Position numbers and translations under genes: made by a program. The notes beneath the pieces are model-generated. The model worked only from the letters and a program-made list of their open reading frames with translations. It was not told where the DNA came from and ran no database searches. From Dicyema japonicum (Eukaryota; Animalia; Dicyemida): 64,000 nucleotides of DNA. Location of the stretch: NCBI GenBank assembly GCA_011109175.1, contig RDEW01000003.1, forward strand, positions 186,001-250,000, in the 5' to 3' direction. Of this stretch, positions 13,300 to 25,080 are shown piece after piece; the first letter of the stretch is position 1; every line of letters starts with the position of its first letter.

Positions 13300-13769
13300 T
13301 ACATCAATTTTTGAGAGTATTTTGAAAAAAATTATTATAGCTTCTCTATCACAAATTTCATGCTGAAGATTATAGGTCTGCACAAGATTTTATGTAACTT
13401 AATTGTATAACTCAAGCTCGATTCTAAATGGCATCTCCGAAAAGTACCAAATTTTGTATTTCAATCGTTGGTGTGAGTTGATCTTATTCTTATTTGATTT
13501 ATGATATTTTTTCACATTTCTAAGTTTTGGTTGTGTAAGAGGCTACCTTGAAGATGAAAATTTACCTTATTATGAATTTTATTTTTTTTATGAATTTTAT
13601 AAGCATAGAATTTCTGGCTTTCCTTCCCCCTGATACTGATTGTCGTCAGATACAGATGGATCATATGATTGAACAAGAGAACAAACAAAAACTTCCACCA
13701 AATACCAATGGTGGGAGATGGAATCCATGGAGCATTGTTAGAGAAAAGTATCAAAGTCATTGGAAACAT

Positions 13770-14290
13770 AGTTAGTTAGTTAAGAGCTCTTTCGCGTGGC
13801 CCTAAAAGGGGTTCGCTTGAGCCATGTTTTGCAGCCATCCTCGCCCACGCCATCTTGTTCCTGGCCCTCATTCGAACATCATCCGAATCGTCCGCTGTCA
13901 CCAATTTACGACTATTTTGTTCGTAGTCATCTTTTAAGCAGGTTGGAAGTGTGTTTCTTGGTCTGCCTCGAAATCCGCGACTTCCGGCGTAGTAGAAATA
14001 TTCTTCCATTATTCTGTTACATGGCGTAGTCGGGTCCAGTCTGAGGATATGTCCAAATAGTCGCCATCTCGATAAAATAACATCGGTGCTGAGTGGTCTG
14101 GATTTACATCGTGAATATAGATTTTCATTTGAGATTTTTCTCGGCCAAAAAATTCCAATCAACATGCGGAGTTGGTTCCTGTGAAAAGTATCTAGCTTCT
14201 CTAAATCAATTTTAGAACATGCCCATGTTCCAGAATTGTATAGCAAAATTGGTTTAACAAACGTGTCGTATAGTCTGACACGAAATTGGA
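13770..14290 (-). mobile_element. RTE-clade non-LTR retrotransposon 3' end
   Basis: LYDTFVKPILLYNSGTW, RWRLFGHILRL and RGRPRNT, followed by a short (TAAC)n tail. Confidence 0.85.
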
Positions 14291-14376
14291 AACATAGAAT
14301 AAAACGATTTGATATCAAACGAGGCTTAACAAAATGCGTTGTTAGTCTAACATTCAAAATTAGTTATTAGAAATAA

Positions 14377-14727
14377 TCAGCGAGTCTGCTGATTATAGAG
14401 GTCCATAAATTGGTCCTCATCCCCTACGAAATTTCCGTTAATGAAAACTCGTGGAACCTAAGAAAATTGAAATTTAACGGAGACGGTTTTTCCACCTGTA
14501 GTACTCAGCAGATATCCTTGGATTTCGGCACAATTAGGTTCAAGGTCAATCTCCCATGAATAGCATTGGTCAGAGGATAATAAATTCTGGTCTACATAGG
14601 TTTGTATTATATTTTTAACGGTGGACAGTCAGGACAGTATGATTTGGAGATTATTAAGACCTACAATATGAGGATGAATTACTTTATATTGTCTAATCAA
14701 ATTATTGAGATTCACCTCGACCGACAT
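14377..14727 (-). CDS. Dithiol glutaredoxin (about 100 aa) with a CPDC site and a 1-nt frameshift in this assembly
   Basis: Introns at 14661-14682 (22 nt) and 14458-14484 (27 nt). Spliced product MSVEVNLNNLIRQYKVLIISKSYCPDC/TVKNII...EIDLEPNCAEIQGYLLSTTGGKTVPRVFINGNFVGDEDQF has the Grx SKSYCPxC and TVPRVFI motifs. One base is missing immediately after CPDC (about 14623). Confidence 0.85.
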
Positions 14728-15164
14728 GTGGCTAAATGTATTTAAAAAAATCTAGTTTACGAATATTTTATATAAATTTAATAATATTTTTCTTAAATAT
14801 AATTTTTAATTAAAATGTTTTATTTGGTTGAAATACAAAAAAATTGAGATTAGAAGGGGAACTCACCAAATAACCTCATTGGATCTGTGGGAGCGTCCGT
14901 CTTTGATTTTTGAGTTCTCGCTAGCAATAAGTAAAAGGGATCCGTTAAACAATATTCCCAACAAAAACATAAATTTGGATATTTTTGGATGATCTGTAGT
15001 CCATCCAAGTCTTCTCTCTGAAATTCTCCAATATTTTGAAGGTCCCCATCTTGGACCACCAGTAAAATCTTGGCCCGATGCTCATCTCCCAAGCCCACAC
15101 AAGCAATATGATTCTCTGTAGGAAATAAATTTATTAAAATTTATTAGTTTAAGACAACTTAAGG

Positions 15165-15607
15165 TTAATTTGAAGGTGATTCAAAAAATTGTTTAATTTG
15201 ATTGAAGTTTCTATGATCTCTTCGTCTTTCATAAGGACTGCAAATTAATATTTTAGGCTATAATATTAAAGTCAAATACTGGCGCAAATAAGTGAGAATC
15301 ATTACTCCTGTCGTACCTATAATTTATTATATTTTGTACTTTTGATATTCGACAGATCCGAGATTGCTAAATTTATTTTATTAAAATCACTTTTTTGTTG
15401 GTTGTTTGATTTTTTCAGACAATTCAAGAACTTCTTTCTGCTGTTTCTTGCACTGCTCTTCTAAGTCGTAATTTTCGCTAAATAATTTCTCGATGTTTGC
15501 AAGCAGTAAGGCCGCGTGATCCTTTAGTTCGTTTAAACTAAGACCTGGAATAAAATAAAAATCTTACAATGTGTGAAAGAATTTCTGCTGTCAATCGGTT
15601 CTTTCAT
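15165..15607 (-). CDS. Miniature troponin T-like protein (116 aa, C-terminal T2 region only)
   Basis: Introns at 15545-15567 (23), 15367-15390 (24), 15317-15339 (23) and 15258-15279 (22) give an intact frame. ELKDHAALLLANIEKLFSENYDLEEQCKKQQKEVLELSEKIKQ and PPKILICSPYERRRDHRNFNQIKQFFE match protostome TnT segments (LREKAQELW..IVKLETEKYDLEE.QKRQ and PPKIQVASKYERRVDTRSY..KK.LFE). The start codon is uncertain. Confidence 0.8.
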
Positions 15608-15778
15608 TAATTTTATTTCGAATCAGAATTTATTATATATCGCGGATTAACGTCAATACTTAGCAATGACAGCTTTCAATCGAAAATACTTTTCGATAAT
15701 TTGCTTATCGTTCATCTAACACAGTGGAATACTTTCGAATAATTTTGCTTATCGTTCATCTAACACGTTCATCTAACA

Positions 15779-15830
15779 CAGTGGTTCCCAACGCGGTCCA
15801 CTGACCACCTGTGGTCCACAGAGCGATTTC
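15779..15830 (+). mobile_element. hAT terminal fragment
   Basis: TIR-like CAGTGGTTCCCAAC followed by GGTCCAC subterminal repeats. Confidence 0.5.
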
Positions 15831-16309
15831 ACAAAAATGTTACTAACCGACTTTTTTTGAAGCTTTTTATTTTAATAATCAAGGGTAAGCATTTAATCTT
15901 GTCCAATGTGTTTCGTTTTTTTAATAAAAACATCCAAACAGCAGAAAGCCAGATTCCACCATCCATGTGGTAGGGAAAGAAATTATGGCTTGTTTCTACA
16001 TGCTGGAAAACATTTGGGTGTAATCTCTTATTAATATGTAGGCAATGAAACCTTCTTTGTCGACTCTTGTTCTCAGTTTCACATTTTCTTTCAATCCAAC
16101 AGCATTTCGACCAACTCAGGATTTTCATCTTCTGGTTCATAATTTTTAGGTCCACAAACCAGAGTGGATTATCATATTTAAAAGGTGATTGAATCTTCTC
16201 TCCAACTTTACAAGACCACCCTGATGGGCAGTGCATGCAGCAAAACCATTCCGATGTAGGGTTATTGTTGTTAAAATTATCAAATGATAACAGTGATCAA
16301 CAAAAAATA

Positions 16310-16420
16310 AGTGAAATAGCATTCCTTGGTTCTCCCCTCGTCGATTAGTTTATGGATAACTGTTCTTTACTTAAACTAAAGTGTGTCCTGTTTGGGAGGA
16401 GCGGTGGCTAATATGGCTCT
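16310..16420 (+). mobile_element. 3' fragment of the tRNA-SINE family
   Basis: AGCATTCCTTGGTTCTCCCCT...ATAACTGTTCTTTACTTAAA is shared with 6624-6680. Confidence 0.7.
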
Positions 16421-16959
16421 ATTTTAAATTTGGAACAGCTCCACAACTGATTACTACAAAAAGTAGTTGATTTATGGAATCGACTTAGGATCAGCTCAAA
16501 GACAACAAAGGGCAGTCCTGTGTGTGGGAGGATTCAGTGTTGAAAGGAGTAAAGACCTTCAGTTATGTACGACATAACGTCCTCGACATAACGGAACTAT
16601 CGGAGAACAACTATCATTTTCACATTTTTCGATTCATAGTTGACGAGTTCAATAATTTCAAACCCCCTTTGCACGATCCTTGCTCCACGACCTTTACAAA
16701 CATTTAATCGCATCTCCCGTCGTATTCTTATCTTGGATTCCTTCCCTCTCCAACATAAATTTTATGAACTTTAACAGATCCAAATATCCGTAAGGAACCA
16801 TTACTGGCTGTCTCTCGCATACTTTGGTCGATTATCTTCACTAGGAATCGCGGGTACTTCCTATCTCAAATCATATTTGAGTGCGCTAAGGATTAATTGT
16901 CTGTCCCTACTCTAATTCAACTGATTATGGATATCACCACCATCGTAACCGATTTCAGA

Positions 16960-17550
16960 TTTTTATCGTATCCATGATCTCGAAAGATCAAAAACAAAAC
17001 ACGTGCCTTTACGTGCGTGCCGCCTCAATATCTTTGCCCAATGTTGTGACGGATAGCTTACTGAAACAACTGTCTGTATAACTAAATCAAAGCTTTTCAA
17101 TGAAAGTCGTCTTTGAACATGGAGTTTATATTTCTGAAAAGATTGTCTTGAAAAAAGTGCCCCCAAGGATCCGTTCTGTTCTCGTTTAAGATATTTGCAA
17201 GAATCCTGAGCTTTTGAAAAGAAGGCTTTTCGAATACGTGAGCTGTATTGACAGTTAATACAGAATGAAAGTTCTGAAATTTGTGTGTAAAAACGACTAC
17301 AGTGAAGATTTTAAAGCCAGGTGGAAGAATGCCTTTTTGACGATTTTGTGTCTACAAAAATGTGAAGTGTGAATAATACTCTTCACGATTTTGTGTCTAC
17401 AAAAGTGTGAATAAGAGTATAATACTCTTCCTTTGAAGTGCTACGATTTTGCTCTGTATGTCCAGCCAGCTAAGTATTGACTGATTAAAGAAGGACCCCG
17501 TGGAAAGTCCAGACCGTCCGAAACAGGAAACATGTTGTCTCAACTGTCTC
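16960..17550 (+). mobile_element. Probable Penelope-like element remnant (degenerate GIY-YIG end plus hammerhead-like motif)
   Basis: Degenerate C..ETT...RL.EH..KSA..FKIFAR pattern, followed by a CTGAT...GGAC/GTCC-GAAAC motif at 17477-17545. Confidence 0.4.
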
Positions 17551-17939
17551 TCATATTTAATTTTACTTAATATGCATGATTATAAAAAATCATTTTTTTA
17601 AATTTCGAGTTTCCGATGTTTCATAGTCCATTAAGAAGGGGGACGAGAAATCATATTCAAATTGAGAAAATGAAAAAATTAAGCATACTAGAGCTATACC
17701 ATGGTACATCAAAGTTACGTCACAAGGTTAACCTTCGAACCAATTGACAACAAGGTTAACTATTTTTTGAAAAAAAGCCACTGTCTGTCTCACTTACCAC
17801 TTACCATCAGCGACTTAACGGTAAGTTTGGTCCCCACAGAAAAAAGAGAACACGATAATAAACAAAATTACGAAAACATTCAAAAACCATTAAACAACGA
17901 ATTTTACAAAAACAATAAATATGTTAATAAAATTATTTA

Positions 17940-18370
17940 ATTCCAGCAGATTTGAGTAAAGAACCGGTTTGGACACGCAGAATAATACATTGAGATCTTA
18001 TTTCGAGCCTCTGCCTCAACCAGAGCCTCTCCCGTAGCTCAAACCTTTTTGAGGCGAGTTTGCTTCCAATGCTGGAGAGAAAAGCGTCCGTCTTCGCTCA
18101 CACGGTTCCAGTTATCTCCACAGCAATGGGGGTGAAATGGTATTGATCTCCGAGGGATTCGTATTTACGGACCTGGTCGGCTGCGTCTCCAGGAGAGTGC
18201 GTCGCCGTCAGCGATCTGACCCCTGAGAAGATGTCCACACACGTTGCGTCCCAGACGAGTGATTTTCCGTGGGAGTATGGGAATAACGTCATGCCGTCCG
18301 GCCTCTTCCCGTCGCCTCTGTCTAAGCCCAAAGGTTCCAATTGGGCCGGAAATCCCGCTGCCTTGCTCAT
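17940..18370 (-). mobile_element. CRE-like non-LTR retrotransposon, restriction-like endonuclease fragment
   Basis: LEPLGLDRGDGKRPDGMTLFPYSHGKSLVWDATCVD...FTPIAVE. Confidence 0.85.
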
Positions 18371-20022
18371 CAAACCATCTATATCAGTGATTCTATCAGA
18401 TCTGATGGGTTTAAATCCCGACGAAATTTTAAAATCCGTGCCAATTAGCAAAGATTCAATTCGCCGCAGGATTGACGAAATGTCAGATAATGTTGAACAT
18501 ATTTTATGTGAAAGGCTTAAAAATACTATTTTTTTCGCTTCAAATTAACGAAAGTCATATATGTGACAACCAATCAATTCTAATGGGATATGTCAGGTTA
18601 ATCTTATTAGAAGCTTACACTTTAAGATATTTTGACGATCAGCTCTTCCTACAAAAGCTTTATTATTCGTCAAATATTTGGAAACTGATATGACTGGATT
18701 TTCTATTTTTTCCGTAGTCAAATTATTTTTGGATGACAAGAAGATTCCATATGAAAATTTGGTTTCTTCTGCCACAGATGGTGCAATGTCTATGGTTGGA
18801 AAATATAATGGATTTGCGGCATATTTGAAAAAAATATGTCCAAATGTGATTCATATACATTACGTTCTACATAGACAACATTTGGTTTCAAAAACTCTTG
18901 CGCCAATTCTACATGAAACGTTAAATATAGTTATTAAAACCATAAACAAAATTAAAGCAAACAGCAAGTATGATCGTCTTTTTAGAAAATTTTGCTATGA
19001 GGCTAAAGAAACATATGTCCGTTTTGTGCTTCACACTGAGGTTATAGTTTCCAATTTTATTTGATAGTACGATGATTATCAAAGGGGGATGCATTTGAAC
19101 GATTTTCAATGTTATTTGATACAATCGTAAATTTTCTTACTTCTGTGGGTGATAAAAATTTAGCAGATTTAATTGTATCGAAGAAGAAAGAAATTGTTTA
19201 TTTGACTTGGATTTTTGGAAAATTTAATGAAAGTTCATTAGAACTTCAGAGAAAGTATGTGACGTTAATAGATTGTAAAAGAATTATTCAAATATTTATC
19301 GAAAAAATTTCCACTCAATTGGTCAAACATTTGATGATGAAAATATTAAAAATTTTTTGCAACATTTATTAAGTATAGAAAGATGTGATTCTTCGATTCC
19401 AAGATATTCTTGAATTAGAAATTCCATCTTGGATGATTAATCCGTTTTTGTCAAGGCCAGAAGAGCATAAAGAAATTATTAAAGAGGAATTAGTTATGTT
19501 AAAATTCAATCCAGAATTAAAACTATGTTATAATGATTCACAATCACCAGTAATTTTTTTTGGCAAAATATGAAAGTGAAAGAAAGTTATCCAAAATTGT
19601 GGACAGAAATAGCACAATTGCTACTCTATTTTCCAACATATTCTGTGTTGAATGCGGATATAGCATTCTACATCGAATTGTAAATAAAGAACGAAACAGA
19701 TTGGATGTGTCCATTAGAGGAGATATCGTTTAAAAATAACACAAATAGAGCCAGATATCGAATCTTTGGACAAAAAACATCAGTCACAGGGATCCCATTG
19801 GATTTAATTCTTTTTTTATTATAGATTTATGCTAAGATGCTAACTTAACATCGAGTATATACTTTTTTTGTTTGACTTGATTATTAACAATGAATTCATT
19901 TTAGATAGTTAACTAATTTTACTCTGTTCTAAATAAAAAATAATAATGGGGTCGATTAAATATTAGGGGGGTCGAAAAAAAAAGTCAAGGGGTCGACGAG
20001 TAAAAAAGGGTGAGAACTCCTG
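18370..20022 (+). mobile_element. hAT (Buster/ZBED5-like) DNA transposon, 3' portion
   Basis: SVPISKDSIRRRIDEMS, FSLQINES, ATDGAMSMVG, HYVLHRQHL and a QSQGSH terminus. Three GGGGTCGA subterminal repeats and a terminal GAGAACTCCTG. Confidence 0.85.
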
Positions 20023-20139
20023 CTCTAAAGGATGAACTCATAAAGATTAATAAAAGATCACTATTGATTTCATAGAAATTCTATTAATAATATCACATTA
20101 TCATATCTCTAAAAAATTCTATACACTAAATTTTCCATT

Positions 20140-20567
20140 TATAGGGTTTCCGACCAATAGCGTAACTAAAATTTTGAGGGTAAAAAACAAAATTTTTTTT
20201 TTAAATTTTCGTATTTTCAACACCTCCTCTGGAAACATATAGTTTTTCAAAGTGCTGAAAAAATTCTCAATTGGATTTAGAAATGGCAAGTAAGGGGTAA
20301 TGGAACATAGAGATCGTCCGTAAACTGATGAATACATGCATTATCAAAGATATCGGATCTTTAATTCCCTCTTCATAACGAAGATTTTTTAAGAATTGAA
20401 ATAGCTCTTCCTTGTCTTGATCTTTAGGATATTGAAAATCCGACCTCATTATGAGTTTTAAGATGTTCTTTTATCCAAAAAATATATTTACCTTCATCCC
20501 AATGTTAATGATTAGAAAGTTACGCTATTGATCGGGAAAGTGACGCTAATGGTCTGGAAACCCTATA
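20140..20567 (-). mobile_element. Internally deleted Tc1/IS630-like element
   Basis: Inverted ends TATAGGGTTTCC..GACCA.TAGCGT.ACT at 20140 and 20567. The internal PYLPFLNPIENFFS is the DDE_3 motif. Confidence 0.75.
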
Positions 20568-20759
20568 TCTCTGAACGATGAGTAATAGAGAATGCTAGAT
20601 TATTGCTGTTAGCAACAACCATCTAATCATTCCAAATATAATCATACGTAAGGCCTCAATCATTTTCCAGTTTCATATAATAGGCAATACTAGGACATGA
20701 ACCTGAAAACTAAAAAATAGGCAGAAGCTATATCTGTCAACATATTGATAGTTACCCGA

Positions 20760-22250
20760 TGATGTGTCAACATTGGAGCCTCAGATATTCGTCCTACACT
20801 TTTCTCAGAAGACTCCGATACCTAATACTAGTCCGCTCAACGCCATTCTCACTGTCTAGAGAGGAAATAACCGTCGGCATAAGTTAGAATAATATCATTT
20901 TCGGAGTCTGGAGTCGGGAGGTCCCCCATGAATAGGTTTAATAAAACTGGAGACAAAGGGGATCCTTGGAGAACCCCATTAGGGAGAAGCCGTGAAATAG
21001 ACCTTGACTGGCCAATGCAGACGCGTCCCCTCCGATTACTAAGGAAGTTAGCTAGCCAGAGTTTGAGCTTTCCAGGGATCTTTGTTTGGTAAATTTTCCA
21101 AGTTAGAATCTTCCTTGACACAGAGTCTTACCGGGTTTCAAATTGGACGTAGGTGGACAAGCTTCCATAAGGCAGGAATAGAATTTTTGTTAAAAAAAAT
21201 TGGTTGAATATCTTTGTTAACGCAGCGATTCCATAGTCTCCCAGATTCTTTAGGAGGATCATTGGGATCTTATCCGGTCCGCTAGAATTGGTTGTTTTAA
21301 TGGCTTTCAATGCATATTTCACGTCGTTTTCAGTGAAGTGAATCGTATCCGGTTCTTTTTCGGTTTACTGAGATATTTCTGGGATACATCCGATTTCTTA
21401 TGTTCTTTATGGGATATTTTCACATAGTATTTTATTAGGTTGTTTTTAGGCTGTGGTCCACCTCGGACGATCTTTCATCCTCTCTTGAGGCGTCTCGGAT
21501 AGTCATCCAAATTTCAGTAGTGGGTCTATTTCTATTCAACGAGCAGAACACATGCTTCCATCTTGATATTTGTGCTTTTACCTCCCTGTTTTTTTAGTTC
21601 ATTGTCTAAAACCTTCAGTATAAGATTATCCTCAGTAGTTAATCGGCTAGACTTTTTGAGTTCGTTTCTTTCCTTGGTTAATGCCGGCCTGCCATATCTC
21701 TGGTGTAGTTTAAGATGGTGTTTAGGTACAGATAGTGATCTCGCATCCAAAATAGTGCGGTTTACATAAGCGATTACTTTGTCCATGGAAGTAATGCCAT
21801 CCAGGTTCTGCAGTAGGTTGTCTGTAGGTGCACGGTAAAGTCTCCAGTCTGCGCGTTTGTAGTTGAATTGTTCTGAGGACGTCTTCCTAGTTGACGTTTC
21901 TCTCTCGATCTTCAAAAGGATCGCATTATGGTCACTTCTTGAGTTTTAAGTGACTGACCAAGTCTATATTTCCGCCAAGCCAGAGAACAAAGCGTGATGT
22001 CTGGAGAAGTTAGTTGGTCTGACTCCCTGAAGGGGGTTCTCATATGTTTTGACGGGTCATTCATGACCGTGCAAAGTCCTGTCTACGAAAGTAGTACTTT
22101 TCCTCTTAAGTCAGACGGTTGACTTGCCAGCCATAGAGGGTGTTTGGCGTTGATATCCCCGCCAATGATCACGTCGTTCAAGGAAGCCAAAGTAGATAAA
22201 TTGGACATAGTGTAGTGCTTCGGCAAGAACCAGGTGGAGGCACATAGATG
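20760..22250 (-). mobile_element. Jockey/I-like non-LTR retrotransposon (APE plus RT), degraded
   Basis: GGDINAKHPLW, SDHNAI, FNYKRADW, SSGPDKIP, GVLQGSPLSPVLLN and YADG. Confidence 0.85.
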
Positions 22251-23239
22251 TTCACAATGGTAATTTTTCATTTGTTGTTCCAAGTGAGACAGCATTGACT
22301 TCAGAACATCGTCGACTCCCAAGATATTCTTCACGACTGAAGTGGTGTCCACACATTTAAGGTCTTTTCGAAAAAATTAAAAAATGAGAGCCACCTATTG
22401 CCGTCAACCTGAGATAGGTTATTATTTATTTATTTATTTTTTTAAAGATAGGTTATAATGTATAAGCAAAATTTACGACTAGATATGTAAATTTTTAAAT
22501 AATTTAAAAAAATCATATATAAAAACAAATAAATGAGTATAAAATAACAAAATGAAAGAGCCTACTTTTAGACTTAAAAAGCTACCAAAGGTCGCGAGCC
22601 AGCTTTTGCCGACCCCTGTTATAGGGCGCCATTTCCGCAAAAGACCTTCAATCATTTCAAAAATCCGCATGAAGTGATCTAAAAGATCCCGCGAAACTTC
22701 AAACCCATGTGATGGAGGAAAGGGGAAGACCCGAAAACACCATCACAAAAAGGCGAAAAGTACAAAAGTGTAAATTTATATTATTATTAATAGCACTTTC
22801 GAAGAACCAAAAATGTAATTTTTTTAATTAAGGTTCTCTTGTGCCGTATTTTTCTTCATGTTATTCTTTCTCCCACATTTCTCTTAACTAACTTCCTCAT
22901 GCCCCACGGTTACTGGCAATTATTCTGAGCGTATCCAGATCATCTGTATTCAACTTTCGTCTTACATTGGTCAGGTCCTTATGTAGAACCTCTGGCAAAG
23001 TTATGCGAGGTCTTCCACGGAACGAGGTATTCAAGTGTGAATTTCCTTATAATTGACCAATATAGTGGGAAACCTAATATTTAAAAAATTAATAATTTTA
23101 ACTTTTCTTTAATTATCATAAATAAATTAATAATAATCACTCAATGAAATTGAATGAGGCTTTTTCCCCTGACAATCGCTATCGAACAGCTGATGCGGTC
23201 TGGAGTCACAAATGGAGGTGTGCAACACATCAAAAATAC

Positions 23240-24090
23240 CGTAACACCACCAAATATTCTGGGAATTGACCTATCAAGAGCTTTTGATATGGTTAACAAG
23301 AACAAGTTAATGGAGGTACTGAGCGGATTCCTTGATGAGTCGAATCTAAGGATGATCCGAATTCTACTTTCCAACACTGAGCTCCTTATGAGAGTCGGAA
23401 AGACCTATTCAAGAAAATTTGAAACAAACACGGGCACTCCCTTTCTCCTCTACTATTCACAATTTACTTGGAAGCCGCTATGAGGGAACTTAGACCGTCA
23501 TACCAAGGAAAGACGGAAGAAGTGATCTACGCGGACGATGTAGACCTAATTTCTGAAGACAAAGAGGTCCTGGAACACCTATTAGAAAAAGCACCAGATG
23601 TACTAAGGAAATGGTTTCTTACTGTGAACAGCGAGAAAACAGAATTCACAGAGATAAGAAGGATGAGTAACGCCCTAGAAAAGAAGTGTCGAAAAGTAAA
23701 GAAACTCGGTTCACTTATGGGAGATAGCGAAGATATTTTACGTAGGAAAACTCTAGCCAATGCTGCGTTATATAAACTGAAGAATCTATGGCTCAATCAA
23801 AAAGGCATCAACATGAAAATGAGAATCCTATCATACGACTCATTTATAAAACCCGTACTTTTATATACGCTGGAACTTGGGCGACCTCATTACCGGATAT
23901 GGATAGACTAGACTCGTTCCACAGAGGTCAGATAAGAAAAAATAACAGGAACTACTTGGCCTACGAGAATATCGAGAAATGCTTTATATAAAAAATGCAG
24001 CGATAGACCTATTAGTTTAGAAGTACTGGAATCCCGATGGAAGCTCTTCGGACACGTGCTGAGGATGAAATTAACATCCCACCGAAAATA
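23240..24090 (+). mobile_element. RTE-clade RT fragment
   Basis: GIDLSRAFDMV, IYADDVD, KKLGSLMG and WKLFGHVLR. Confidence 0.85.
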
Positions 24091-24370
24091 TCTATGGATT
24101 TTTTATATTCATTACTTGCCGAATGAAGCAATGAAGCCATCAAGACAATTATTTTCTAAGCTCACATCCGAATAACCTGTCGAATACTTTGAAAAATTAA
24201 AGGAAAATTATATCAACGGGATTACCATTAACAAAAATACAAACAACATATTTCAACAAATAATAGCTTGTTTTTTAGTTATTTTTTAATTTTAGAGATA
24301 CTTAAAAATTTTATGGCAATTTAATTTTTTTTCATTTTAGCCATATTTATAAGCAAAAAAGGACAAAACA

Positions 24371-24540
24371 TTAGTTATTTGCCGCCCTCACTGCGTGGCT
24401 GTTCCCTCTCAGAATTGCGAGCGAAATTCGCTCAAAAGTCAGCGGCGTTCGCGGAGATCTCCAGTGCATTAGGTGATCCAGTTTCCAAGACGTCCGAAAA
24501 ACTCTAGTGTAGAGGGGGAGTAGGATCCGGAAGTCTCCAT
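24371..24540 (-). mobile_element. CRE-like element 3' end
   Basis: FERISLAILRGNSHAV; near-identical ends occur at about 32880-32995 (+) and 43010-43140 (-). Confidence 0.7.
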
Positions 24541-25080
24541 AGCAAAGGGACAATAAATATGAGATTATTAAAAAAATGAATCGTTTCCGTACAATTGGCA
24601 ATTCATTGTTCCTGCAATGAATATGAGTTAGATTCGATGTGTGTAGAAAAATAAACTTTTTTCTTTCCTGAATGTTAGGGATTTTCAAAAAATGTGAATT
24701 TAAAAATTTACACACCTCACTTATAATCACTCAAAACTGAACTTATTTTTTTATGATTAACAAAATTAATAAAATAAAAAAATTAAATTTTCGATGGGCG
24801 ATGAAAATTCAAAATGTGGCGGGAAAAATCTTGATAACTGGACTAAATGAAGAACCAGAAAACACATGATTTACAAAAAAGTAAGAATTGGAGAATTAAC
24901 GCCCCACGTGCTAGGATGTGACATGATTTAATGGTTGATAATTATAATCGAATAATAATGTAATCAATTTAAAGGCAAATGTCGATTAAAAGAATGCATT
25001 GGCAAACTATAAGTGGGATTTACAGATAAGTCATTGATTTAGCAATCACTTAGAAATGACAAAATAATGGAAAAATAATT

